Origin: Lachnospiraceae bacterium
Lineage (GTDB): Bacteria; Bacillota; Clostridia; Lachnospirales; Lachnospiraceae
Length of the DNA stretch: 64,000 nucleotides
Direction: 5' to 3'
Assembly: GCA_022800815.1 (NCBI GenBank)
Contig: JAAWRC010000011.1
Span: 13,587-77,586 of the forward strand
The stretch's first letter is position 1, and every line of letters starts with the position of its first letter. The translations under genes and the position numbers were made by a program. Below, in pieces: positions 1 to 9,389 of this stretch. The notes beneath the pieces are model-generated. The model was given only the letters and a program-made list of their open reading frames with translations. It had not been told where the DNA came from and did no database searches.

Positions 1-728
1 TCTGCAACATCGACTCTTTCATATCTATATAAAAGATCCTCATAATCTACAAAGCCAATTTTATCAGCCTCCAGCCAATAGTCACCTCCACTTTGTACCC
101 ATTCACCACGCACAGTAACAGTAGTACCACGTTCAGGAATCTTTTCCAATGCCCTCCCATCCACAATCACCCAGTCAGAATCGTGGGATGGCGTGTCGTA
201 AACCAAGAAAAACCCATCCTCTTTTGATCTCACCACCCATCCCTCAACATAAATTTCATCTCCCACATAAGCCCCAGAAAAATTGACCAAATTTCCGATA
301 ATCGCCTCTTGATATCTGTTTTTTAGATATCCATATACCACAATACAAACTATTGACAAAACCAACAGTGAACTTACCACCACAGCCTGTTTATCTTCCG
401 ACCATTTCCTCTTCCAGAAGTCTTTGAATCTGCTCTGCCATGCAGCAACAGACGTGTTCTGAACAGGTGTTTGCTCGACTGTTTTTGAAGGAATTGCCCG
501 CTCTGCACTACCGCAATAAGGGCAAAAGGCACTATTCTCCCCTATCGCTTTTCCACAATTAGGACAAAACTTAAATACTTTGGAGCCATTCTTCTTTACA
601 GAAACAGAGGTATCTTGAACTGGCGTTTGCTTGACTGTCTCTGAAGGAATTGCCCTCTTTACAACACCGCAATAAGGACAAAAGTTACTGTTATCCCTGA
701 TTTCTTTTCCGCAATTAGAACAAAACAT
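1..728 (-). CDS. Double zinc-ribbon membrane protein, partial (runs off the window start)
   Basis: Not in the ORF track; translated by hand from ATG at 728: MFCSNCGKEIRDNSNFCPYCG...FCPNCGKAIGENSAFCPYCG, then a hydrophobic helix (VVVSSLLVLSIVCIVVYGY). Frame stays open to base 1. Confidence 0.85.
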   Translation of the reverse strand, partial: MFCSNCGKEIRDNSNFCPYCGVVKRAIPSETVKQTPVQDTSVSVKKNGSKVFKFCPNCGKAIGENSAFCPYCGSAERAIPSKTVEQTPVQNTSVAAWQSRFKDFWKRKWSEDKQAVVVSSLLVLSIVCIVVYGYLKNRYQEAIIGNLVNFSGAYVGDEIYVEGWVVRSKEDGFFLVYDTPSHDSDWVIVDGRALEKIPERGTTVTVRGEWVQSGGDYWLEADKIGFVDYEDLLYRYERVDVA

Positions 729-805
729 AAATGTTATCCCCCTTGTATCTCCCTCATTGTATTCAGGCCAGACATGATACTGGCATTCTCTCTTCCCCTG
801 CCGTT

Positions 806-1831
806 TCACCATCCAAGAGCATTTTCAAGCTCATTATAATCCAGCTTTTTCAAATCCTCCTCTGTGAGGTCCATATTATCCAATTCCTTCCAAAAGCTGC
901 GCATTTGTGCCCTTACGACTTCCATTAAGCCATAATCCTGCATATACCCCACAAATTCATCTGACGGTTCATAATACTGCCCATCTACCAACAGATAAAA
1001 TTCTCCCTGATCCATGCTATAAACAACTGCATTCAGTTCCCCTTCCGGAAGCCGGACGTCATAAAATCCGAAGACAATGGTTTCTTCGTTCGGGTTATAG
1101 CTAAAGGAATCCGCATTTCCCTCATTCCCGCCGAGAATCTGGTCAAAACAGTCCTTGATGTTATCATCCGACGGGAAGTTCACAGACAACTGCCCTTCTC
1201 TAATCAGAATCCACCAATAACCACTGTCAAATACATAAGCTTCCTTCTTATGATCTCTGGAAGTCCCGCTCGACAGTTTCTCAGTAATTTCCCCTAATTC
1301 TATAAACGGCAGGAGACGGATCATCCCGTCTTCCCCGACGATAAGACCTTCTGCACAAACGGATCCGTCATACGGGTAACCGTTTTCAAGGCAAACATAC
1401 TCAGAATACTCGTCCAGCGCATTACCATTCCGGTCTACAACCATTGCGTCACGCACAAAAAGCTGTTGATTTTTTACATCCTCATAGATATCGCCTGTAA
1501 TCACAATGTCTTCCGTCGTCTCTTCAGGCTCCGGCATGAACCCCGCCTCTTTTTCCGCTTCCGATATCGAAGCCATTTTATCTTCTGAAGCGGCCTTTTC
1601 GGCTTCGATTTCTGTCTGTGTATTTTCTTTTGCTGTTTCCGCCGCAGGAGCCCTTTCCGTTTCCGCTGCAGAATCCCTTTGCTGGGACATGTATAACTCC
1701 CGGATTGATTCTATGTCACTGTCATCTACTGCTTCTTTTCTCCCCGAAGCGGAATCCGACCCGCAGGAAGTGACCGACATTGCCATGAGGACAAAAATTG
1801 TCACAATCATTATTTTTTTCATTCTCTGCAT
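806..1831 (-). CDS. Uncharacterised lipoprotein with acidic low-complexity linker
   Basis: Signal peptide with lipobox VTSC. AGGAGG RBS favours the start at 1831 (MQRMKKIM) over the track start at 1918. Confidence 0.75.
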   Translation of the reverse strand: MQRMKKIMIVTIFVLMAMSVTSCGSDSASGRKEAVDDSDIESIRELYMSQQRDSAAETERAPAAETAKENTQTEIEAEKAASEDKMASISEAEKEAGFMPEPEETTEDIVITGDIYEDVKNQQLFVRDAMVVDRNGNALDEYSEYVCLENGYPYDGSVCAEGLIVGEDGMIRLLPFIELGEITEKLSSGTSRDHKKEAYVFDSGYWWILIREGQLSVNFPSDDNIKDCFDQILGGNEGNADSFSYNPNEETIVFGFYDVRLPEGELNAVVYSMDQGEFYLLVDGQYYEPSDEFVGYMQDYGLMEVVRAQMRSFWKELDNMDLTEEDLKKLDYNELENALGW

Positions 1832-1859
1832 ATTCATCCTCCTATTGATCCCCACCCGA

Positions 1860-2861
1860 TCAAAATTGACTCTCCGTAAAATAAACTCTCTCCTGATAAG
1901 TATTATCCTGATAATCATCCGATACGATCAGCGTGATCTTCTCCGTGTGATTTTCGAGAACCTGTGGAATCTCCCCGCTCCCCTTCTTTTTCAGATGATA
2001 ATACCCGGCGATCCCCCTGGCATCCGCCTGAGCCAGTCGGTCAATTTTATCAGAATCCGCAAAAAACGCCTGGTAATCTGCTTCATTGTCAAGAAATGCA
2101 TGCTCCACGATAATCCCCGGAATCCCGGCCTTCACCGAATTCCGGACAATGCTGTAATAGTCGCAGAGGGAACCGTCGTCATAATACAGTTCGTCCTGGG
2201 TCACCCGGAACATCAGTCCCTGATTTTCGCTCCCCGCCTTTTCCAGCTCTTTCAGAATATAACAGCCGAGCTCCTGGGTAATCTCTGCAAGCTCCGGGTT
2301 CCCGGCGCCCCTGGCTGCTAAGACCGTACAGCCATTGTAGTAATCGCAGATACTTCCGGCCGCATTGTTATGAAGGCTGATCAAAACATCCGCCCCATCG
2401 TCCACGGCTTTTTTGACCCGGTCCGTAAGCTCCACGTCAAGGGCTCCATCCCTTGTCAGATACACCGTGACATTCTCATAGGCTTCCAGCTCTTCTTTCA
2501 GTTTCAATGCGATCTGCAGATTCACATCCCGCTCCAGGACTCCGTGCTTCTCATTTTCCGCCCCACCTGTTTTCCCGTGCCCGGCATCCAGCTCAATAAC
2601 AAGCGGCTCTTCCCGGAACACATAGTCGGAAGCTGTCTCCCCATCCTCCTCCGTGGTCGGTGTCAGGGGCTCCTTCGCAGTGGCTGGTTCCAGGGCTCCT
2701 TTTGCCTCTGCCTTTTCTGTCTCCGTCTTTTCTGCCGTTGTCTCTGTAACTGCCCTGTCCGCTTCCGTGGCTCCTGCAACCTCCGTTTTCTCACTGCATC
2801 CGGCAACCAGACAGAGAGCCGCCAACATGCCCGCAGCCACCTGATATGCCCGCTTCTTCAT
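1860..2861 (-). CDS. N-acetylmuramoyl-L-alanine amidase (Amidase_3), lipoprotein
   Basis: Lipobox VAGC. Amidase_3 motifs LDAGHG, E(R)DVNL, ISLHNNA, IIVEHAF. Confidence 0.9.
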   Translation of the reverse strand: MKKRAYQVAAGMLAALCLVAGCSEKTEVAGATEADRAVTETTAEKTETEKAEAKGALEPATAKEPLTPTTEEDGETASDYVFREEPLVIELDAGHGKTGGAENEKHGVLERDVNLQIALKLKEELEAYENVTVYLTRDGALDVELTDRVKKAVDDGADVLISLHNNAAGSICDYYNGCTVLAARGAGNPELAEITQELGCYILKELEKAGSENQGLMFRVTQDELYYDDGSLCDYYSIVRNSVKAGIPGIIVEHAFLDNEADYQAFFADSDKIDRLAQADARGIAGYYHLKKKGSGEIPQVLENHTEKITLIVSDDYQDNTYQERVYFTESQF

Positions 2862-3943
2862 TACGATTCCCCCGGCTTCTTCGAGCCCATGTCGTCCGCC
2901 AGGTATTGGTCATAGGTCCGGATCGCATAGGTCGAGCCGCTGAGGGACCACCCCCGGTACAGGCAGTCCAACAGATATCCGGTCTGCGTGAAGTCCACGC
3001 CGATTCCGATATAGTCTTCCGTCGGATACACCACCTGCATCATATAAGTGGTCGTATCATTGGACACGACGCAGCAGTATTTCGCCTGGGACGGATCACC
3101 GGCCAAAGGGCCTCCGATGATCATCCTGGAATAGCCGTCGTCGGCAACACCTTTGCTTTCATGGACATACGGGCATTTTTCCCCTTCCAGAAAATCCCCT
3201 TTCAGGGCCTCGCATATTTCGTTTGAGCACCTATAGGGATCCCCCTGAACAGGAGAGTCCATTTCAGTAAAGGAAAGGGTAACACTGCCGTCCGATGTCG
3301 CAAGCTCATAACCTTGTCCCTCTTCATCGTAAACAGCTTTATAAAAGTAGTCCTCCGGATACATAAAACTATAGGTACCATCCGGTCTGGCGGCCATAAT
3401 GAAATCATCTTCGGAGTACAGGTCTCTCGGCGATCCGGCCAGGGCGCCCTCCAGCTCCTGCAGTTTTTCCGGTTCCGTTTCCTCTGGTGTGGGCTCTGTT
3501 ACAGGCTCTGTCGTTTTCTCACTTTCTTTGGTCGTTTCTGCAGCCGCAGGGCTGCTCTCCGTCCGGTATTCATTCTTCGTCTCCCCCGGCGCTTCTTCTG
3601 ATGACTCCTGAACTTCCGCCACGACATCCGCAGGCGGGCCTGTTTTCTTCATCCGGGAAGGCTGTTCGGTTTTGTCATTTTCACCCAAAATCCGAAATCC
3701 GAGAACCGCCGCTGTCACTGCCAGCGCAGCAACGAAAAAGATCATGGCAATAACCAGAACATTTGGCTTATTCTTCTTTTCCGGCCTCCCGGCCGTAAAC
3801 GAATGTTCCTCCGGTATCGCCACTTTCACCGGGTCACTCTCATCCTCCGAAAAGGACGACACCTCCGCCCCGCAATATTCACAGAATCTCGTATCATCAT
3901 CTAATCGTTCTCCACAGTTTTCGCAATACATACATACCTCCAC
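2861..3943 (-). CDS. Zinc-ribbon domain membrane protein with extracellular C-terminal domain
   Basis: N-terminal CENCG...CEYCG, one TM helix, E/T/P-rich linker, folded C-terminal domain; GGAGG RBS. Confidence 0.8.
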   Translation of the reverse strand: MEVCMYCENCGERLDDDTRFCEYCGAEVSSFSEDESDPVKVAIPEEHSFTAGRPEKKNKPNVLVIAMIFFVAALAVTAAVLGFRILGENDKTEQPSRMKKTGPPADVVAEVQESSEEAPGETKNEYRTESSPAAAETTKESEKTTEPVTEPTPEETEPEKLQELEGALAGSPRDLYSEDDFIMAARPDGTYSFMYPEDYFYKAVYDEEGQGYELATSDGSVTLSFTEMDSPVQGDPYRCSNEICEALKGDFLEGEKCPYVHESKGVADDGYSRMIIGGPLAGDPSQAKYCCVVSNDTTTYMMQVVYPTEDYIGIGVDFTQTGYLLDCLYRGWSLSGSTYAIRTYDQYLADDMGSKKPGES

Positions 3944-4026
3944 ATTTTAATTATTCAGACACACCTGACCCATAGGACAGAAGCAGGTACTCCTTCGGTT
4001 TCTATACGCATTTATCGAAAAAGTTA

Positions 4027-4779
4027 TTAGCTCCCCCGTCTTTCAAATAGTGCGCCAACATGCTCTTCTCCCAGAAACAGGGTATCACCCCTGCATTCCC
4101 CCATCACATTTCCTTCGACATCCATTAAAATAAGGGCCGTCCCGTCATAGTTCCAACTTCCCTCTGTGCGTTCATTCTCTGCATCTATATAATAAGTCCC
4201 GTCTGCCTCAAGTCTCTAGGTTCCTTCTCCGGCCACTCCCAGAAATGTATCTATAGAAAGAGTTCCATCCGCTTTAAATGTCAGTTCCAATTCGCCGATG
4301 TTCACGCCGTATATGCTCAAATATTCCTCAGTCGGGAAAGAAAGGCCCCCGATCTGGATCTCCGTCAGTTCCCAATGTCCGACCAGGATCCGCTCTGCCT
4401 CCCGCCGCATCTGCAAGATCTGAATCTCTTCCAGGGTCGCCTGCACATAATCATCGTCCCAAAAATCCCCCCTCGCTTTCAGGTTCTTTTCCGCATCCTG
4501 GTATGTCATGGATTCAGCAATGTACGCTTCCCTTAACGTATCTACGGCTTCATACAAAGTTTCATTCGCCCGTTCTTCTCTTTTTTCATTTCCTTTGATT
4601 CGTTTTTCCCACAGTTTCCCTGTAGCTGTCCAGTCTCTTTTCTCGACATATCTCGTAAAATTTTTTTCCCAGTTTAAAATAGACAAAAAAATACATATGG
4701 CCACCATCAACGCTGCAGTTATGCTGCCCAGCACGATAAGCGGTATTTTATCTTCCTTTCGGAATATCCGATCCATCAC
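4027..4779 (-). pseudogene. Membrane-anchored protein with lipocalin-like beta C-terminus, interrupted by an in-frame TAG at 4216-4218
   Basis: Frame continues for 62 sense codons after the TAG (RLEADGTYY...ERRGS) to TAA at 4027-4029. Context GEGT*RL fits a lost Trp codon. Confidence 0.7.
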
Positions 4780-5570
4780 CTAAAATCCCCCCTTATGAAA
4801 CAAACGCCATCTTTCTTGTGTTTTTCACGCACGATCGTGAGCAATCCAATGACAAAGACAACAATACTGATCACCTGCGATGTGGAAAACAGATAGAAAC
4901 TTCCACGCACAGAATCCCCCCGCAAATATTCCAAGAAAAACCTCATGATGGAATATAAAACCATATACATGGCGATTGCAGAGGCTCCGTTTCGCCTTTT
5001 ACAGGAATACAATAAATAAAATCCGATCATAAATTCACCAAATGCTTCCAGTAATTGAACCGGAAATAGCCGAATATCATTTGGAGCGTATAAAGAATTG
5101 GAATAGATCACTGCAAACCTTCCATTATATGGAATCCCATGACAACATCCCACCAAATGGCAGCCGATCCTTCCAAAGCCATGTACGATCGGGATACAGC
5201 CTGTACCATATTGGAGATATTCCGAAACATGAATCTTAAATTTCTTCCGGCAAAAATACAGCGCCGGAAAGATCCCCAGAAAGCCTCCATAGAAGACAAA
5301 GCCTCCGCTCATAAGCATGCCGATGTAAGAAAGATCATTTAACCTGGCAAAGTCAATGGTATGGATGGAAACGAGCAGATAAAGAATTTTGGCTCCTGCC
5401 ATGCCAAATAATCCTGACATTGCGCTGAGGATCACAAAATCGTTCCAGTCCAAATGAAACCGTTTCACCTGGACATATGCGATACCTGCCGCAGCCATGA
5501 TGCCAATGACGATCATGAAACCATAATATGGTACAAAACGAGAAAATAAATGGAATCCCAATGCCCCCAT
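4776..5570 (-). CDS. lgt: Prolipoprotein diacylglyceryl transferase paralogue
   Basis: Multi-TM protein with GGFVFYGG, GRIGC..GCCHG, PVQLLE and RFFLEYLRGD motifs. Confidence 0.88.
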   Translation of the reverse strand: MGALGFHLFSRFVPYYGFMIVIGIMAAAGIAYVQVKRFHLDWNDFVILSAMSGLFGMAGAKILYLLVSIHTIDFARLNDLSYIGMLMSGGFVFYGGFLGIFPALYFCRKKFKIHVSEYLQYGTGCIPIVHGFGRIGCHLVGCCHGIPYNGRFAVIYSNSLYAPNDIRLFPVQLLEAFGEFMIGFYLLYSCKRRNGASAIAMYMVLYSIMRFFLEYLRGDSVRGSFYLFSTSQVISIVVFVIGLLTIVREKHKKDGVCFIRGDFR

Positions 5571-5618
5571 GTAAACTTGACCCTTTTTAAGATGAACAGC
5601 CTCCGTTTTACCGTCCCC

Positions 5619-6587
5619 TTAAACCTGAGAAGCTACCGCACCTGCACATGCGATACACGCAACATAAAACAGGAGATTTAAAGAGGTACCAATAATAGAA
5701 CATATCCAACCGGCCTTTGCAGTCCCGCTTTCTCCTCCCAGTGAATTTTTTCTGTCATTTGCCCCAAGAATAATCCCGATAATCCCAACGATCGCACCGG
5801 CCCATCCCAGTATTGCAGCACTGAAAACGGCAATAACAATAGAGATAATGCCTAATACTAAGGATGCGGTTCCTGTCGGCCCTCCTTTTTCCGGTACTTG
5901 ATTCACTACCGGTGGAATATAATTTTCTGTATTTCTTTTTTGTTCTGGCGCATCTAAATCACACCGCTTCCCACAATATGGACAAAATTCTTCCGTTCCT
6001 TTTAGTTCTTTGCCACATACACGGCAGATCTTTTTTGGGGCATTTTCTTTTGAATCCTTCGTTACGTCTGCTCCGCACCGTGGACAGAATCTCATATTCT
6101 CTTCCATTTCGAAATTGCATTTTATACATTTAACTCTGCCATTTGACGTCACCATGTTTTGGTTAAGATCATCACCGTTATATTCCACTGCATCTTTCTC
6201 CTTTTGATTATTTAAATTCACATGATCCCTTCCTGTGCCATAAAAAATTTTATAGCTATCTTCTTCCTCTGATTGATAATTTTGAGTTGTATACTCCCGC
6301 CCCACGTCCGACACATCGGCAGCTTCCAGACGTCTTTCCTCTTGAACATTGGAATTTACGCAATCTTTCCCTACATCCGGCATATCGGCAGCCGCTACTT
6401 GTTCGGCATCTTGAACGTTGGAATTCATGCGATCCTGGTCTGCATCTGATACCTCAGTATTTGTCACACTTTCCACATTTTGAACACTCCGCTTCACAGG
6501 CACTCCGCATGTAGCACAAAATAAAGCTCCCGAATCCAACGGGCTTCCACAGTACCTGCAAAATTTAGGAATCTTTTTCTCCTCCAT
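5619..6587 (-). CDS. Triple zinc-ribbon protein with DUF4190-like C-terminal membrane domain
   Basis: Three CxxC...CxxC pairs. C-terminus ASLVLGIISI...GIILG...AKAGWICSIIG matches the DUF4190 pattern. Confidence 0.78.
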   Translation of the reverse strand: MEEKKIPKFCRYCGSPLDSGALFCATCGVPVKRSVQNVESVTNTEVSDADQDRMNSNVQDAEQVAAADMPDVGKDCVNSNVQEERRLEAADVSDVGREYTTQNYQSEEEDSYKIFYGTGRDHVNLNNQKEKDAVEYNGDDLNQNMVTSNGRVKCIKCNFEMEENMRFCPRCGADVTKDSKENAPKKICRVCGKELKGTEEFCPYCGKRCDLDAPEQKRNTENYIPPVVNQVPEKGGPTGTASLVLGIISIVIAVFSAAILGWAGAIVGIIGIILGANDRKNSLGGESGTAKAGWICSIIGTSLNLLFYVACIACAGAVASQV

Positions 6588-6894
6588 ACTCTTCCCCCAT
6601 ACAATTACCTCCAGATAACATTTCTGAAAGCTTCTAATTTTCTTTTTGCTCTTTTGAAATCCACTACATCACCTTCGAACTACTTTTATAACTAATATTA
6701 TTATATCTATAATAAATATTACCATGGCTATAATTATATTTCAATCAGTAAAGTTTCATTTTTCGACTTTTTCTGGCATAATTATTTTTTTACGTTAAAG
6801 TCTCTATTACTAATAGTTTTATATTGATAGATTATTCCTCTGACGCTATATGAATTTTACAATTAAAGCGATTTTATTAGAAAGGAATCAGTCT

Positions 6895-7215
6895 ATGAAG
6901 AATCTGGATTTTGTGAAGATCGGAAGGAAGTTAAAGGAAATCCGTATTTCCAGAGGCTTAACCCAGGAATATGTCGCCAACATGGCCGATGTAAACACCA
7001 GCCATATCAGCAACATCGAGAACAACCGGGTCAAGATCTCCCTGTCCACGCTGGTGCATGTGTGCAATGCCTTGAGCACCACCGTCGATTACATCCTCGC
7101 CGATGAATATGTCTCCCCTTCCTCCGTTCTGGAGCAGGAGATCCTACATGAACTGAAATCTTGTTCCGACGGGACGAAGGAGCAGATCTTGAAGATTGTC
7201 AAGGCTCTGCAGTGA
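6895..7215 (+). CDS. XRE-family helix-turn-helix transcriptional regulator
   Basis: IGRKLKEIR...GLTQEYVA...SHISNIENN pattern; RBS GAAAGGA before ATG 6895. Confidence 0.9.
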   Translation: MKNLDFVKIGRKLKEIRISRGLTQEYVANMADVNTSHISNIENNRVKISLSTLVHVCNALSTTVDYILADEYVSPSSVLEQEILHELKSCSDGTKEQILKIVKALQ

Positions 7216-7501
7216 ATCCCTGACCGGACAAGGCCATTTCCATGACCAGGATGGCCCCATAGCGGAATCCCTTTACAAAGCCTTCCTCCTCCGCCACGGA
7301 AGCGGCAGAAAAGAGCTTATCCCTGAGGGCCTCATACTTCTTCCTGTCTAAGACGTCCTCTTCTTCTTTTAACAGCTCTCTTGTCTCTTCCTCCACCCTG
7401 CGGTTTGCCTCCTCCATGTATCCGGTCCCCTGGATGATCTCATGATAGATTTCCCTGATCCTCTTATCCATGTCTGTTTTTGGAGCGTCCCCACGCCCCA
7501 T
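7199..7501 (-). CDS. Small acidic hypothetical protein typical of clostridial mobile elements
   Basis: 100-aa ORF ending in E(E)GFxxGFRYG; start codon uncertain. Confidence 0.6.
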   Translation of the reverse strand: MGRGDAPKTDMDKRIREIYHEIIQGTGYMEEANRRVEEETRELLKEEEDVLDRKKYEALRDKLFSAASVAEEEGFVKGFRYGAILVMEMALSGQGFTAEP

Positions 7502-7852
7502 TCCTCCTTTCTTGGTGCTTTCTTTTTTGTGATTCTGCGTTTCGACTGTCTGTACTTCTTCAAAGACCTGCCTGTGTTATGGTTCTCTTCATCTGTCGTC
7601 CATGGAATGTCCTCCTTTCCCGTAAGGGATCCGGTCTAAACGGCCCTTTATAAAACACTGCAGCATACCTTCTGCACAGAGATACATTTTAATGGTTTCT
7701 CCACAAGAAAGAAGACGACAGGTTCTCTTCCCTGTCGCCTTCTTTAATATAATATACAAGTCAAAATGACAATTTTTTCTTTGGGGGAGCTGTTGCAGGC
7801 TCCCCTGTCCGGATCAAAATGTGCCTTGTTTTGTCAACTTTGTTTTCTGTCC

Positions 7853-8191
7853 TCACTCATCCAGAAACTGGAGTAATTCTTCGTTCACTTTTTCCATATG
7901 TGTGAGAAGCTTCGCAACCTCAAGCGGGTTTCCCGATTCTGCGGCGGAGAATGCTCTGAACTCTAAAAGGCTTGTGTAAAGGTCATGGAGACTGTTGAAA
8001 AATTTACTGATGTTCGAGAACAGGTAAACACGGCCTACCTCGCCGTCCGGCAGCTTCATGTAGACATACCCATCCTTCTGTTCCTCTATTTCCTGTTCTG
8101 CCACCCCCTGATTTGTAAAATTTTCTGTTCCCTCATTGGTATCCGCCTTTTTGATTTTGTGCATTACTTTTGCGTTGGTGATTTTGCTCAT
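7853..8191 (-). CDS. Hypothetical protein
   Basis: 112-aa ORF preceded by a GAAGGAGG RBS. Confidence 0.65.
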   Translation of the reverse strand: MSKITNAKVMHKIKKADTNEGTENFTNQGVAEQEIEEQKDGYVYMKLPDGEVGRVYLFSNISKFFNSLHDLYTSLLEFRAFSAAESGNPLEVAKLLTHMEKVNEELLQFLDE

Positions 8192-8542
8192 GCCTGTTCC
8201 TCCTTCAAATTTGGTCTTTCCGCTGTTACTATTCCTTCACGGTTGCCTGCCGCAATCTCTGCGATCAGGAACTGTCCATTTCTTTCATCTCCTGAGCCTC
8301 CCTCCATAAATCGTGCTGCAATCTTTCGATTACTTCTTGGTTGCCTGCCCGGTAATTTTTTATTTTGCCGAGGAAAACTGCACTTCGATAGAATCAGAAA
8401 CCTTGCACGGATACCAGCCGATGGCATGAATCTTCAATCCATAATTTTTACCGTTCTTTATAAAAAGACCTTGAGAAGCACCGAAGTCCGTCCAGCATTA
8501 TTTCCTTTTTTCGGACATTTTGATATGATCTTACAGAAAAAA

Positions 8543-8800
8543 CTATCCATATAAAAAAGAAAAATCAGGAGGGATTTCATCATGACAGAAGAAGTTTACG
8601 AAAGCCTGATAAGCCGTCCAGAACGTTTCTTTAAACTCTATCGTGAAATAAAGTTTGTTTTTTGTCACTTTAAACGTATATGGATTTGCTTTCAGCAGTT
8701 TCATTTCCCTTGCCGTATACTCCTTCATCACATCCTCTCCAATCTGCCATTTATTGTATCAGATGTCCTTTGGCTTGGAATCATCCAAATGTCCACTTTA
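8543..8800 (-). pseudogene. Truncated IS3-like OrfA (HTH) with probable IS left end
   Basis: MKEYTAREMKLLKANPYTFKVTKNKLYFTIEFKETFWTAYQA resembles the N-terminus of clostridial IS3-family OrfA, then breaks off near 8602. TAAAGTGGAC (8800-8791) resembles an IS end. No transposase follows. Confidence 0.55.
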
Positions 8801-9082
8801 CACTTCTTACACCCTTCACTGCTGTCTACTTTCAGGGATTTCATACCTTTTTTGTATGTCTACTTTTCGGGTACTTCCCCTTTCTCTATCTGTCCACAGT
8901 CTGGTAAGCAAGCCATTCTCCTATTTGTCCATTTCTTTGGATTTATCCCTTTTACAAAGTGTCTACGGTCTGGGATTCCTTCTGTTATTTCAGGCCTAGC
9001 ATTCATATAGTATTTCCCCTGGCGGTAACTAACATTTCAGGCAATCCCTTTCTCTTGCCGTGTCCACCTTATAGGGTACATT
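8790..9082. repeat. Degenerate ~34-bp-period array of TGTCYAC-led units
   Basis: Motif starts at 8790, 8823, 8857, 8891, 8926 (TGTCCAT) and 8960, with spacings 33/34/34/35/34. A further copy sits at 9061. Confidence 0.8.
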
Positions 9083-9389
9083 ATATTTGGAGGCGATCCA
9101 GCGGGAGGAGGCGATTCTGTGGGATGAGGCTCATTACTTTATTCCGGAGACTGTGTTGCGTTCAGCGTGTGCGCCCTTGCTGAAAACGGTATCATTTCCG
9201 GCGATCAAGAGGGAACTCCACGAGACAGGGATACTTTCCTGCAACGATGGAAAACGCATGAATTTTACAACGAAAAAGTTATTGACGGATGTGTACGGCC
9301 AAAGCTTTCGGGCGAGATTTTTAAAAATCAAAAGGGAATTTTTCCAGACGGAGGTTTCGTTTGGATTAGAAGAAAGGAGAGGATTGTGA
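9075..9389 (+). pseudogene. C-terminal remnant of a larger element protein (possibly primase/replication-associated)
   Basis: Protein-like ~100-aa frame with no RBS, closed upstream by TAG at 9072. Its stop overlaps the ATPase start (TGATG), showing it was a translated gene. Confidence 0.45.

Noticed and set aside
4216-4218. Stop-codon reassignment (TAG read as an amino acid) in the element
   Set aside because: The integrase of the same element ends normally at TAG, and no suppressor tRNA or pyl genes are seen; a point nonsense mutation is simpler.
7369-7602. Small gene after the strong GGAAAGGAGG RBS near 7610
   Set aside because: The RBS-led ATG reads only MDDR before a stop and the longer overlapping frame lacks support, so no CDS was called.
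8570-8844. 11-bp direct repeat agggatttcat as a target-site duplication around the IS stub
   Set aside because: One copy is part of an RBS/start context and the other is part of the 34-bp array; neither abuts the inferred IS ends.
8790-8990. Possible CRISPR mini-array
   Set aside because: Only ~7-10 nt per unit are conserved, the units are degenerate rather than identical repeats with unique spacers, and there are no cas genes.
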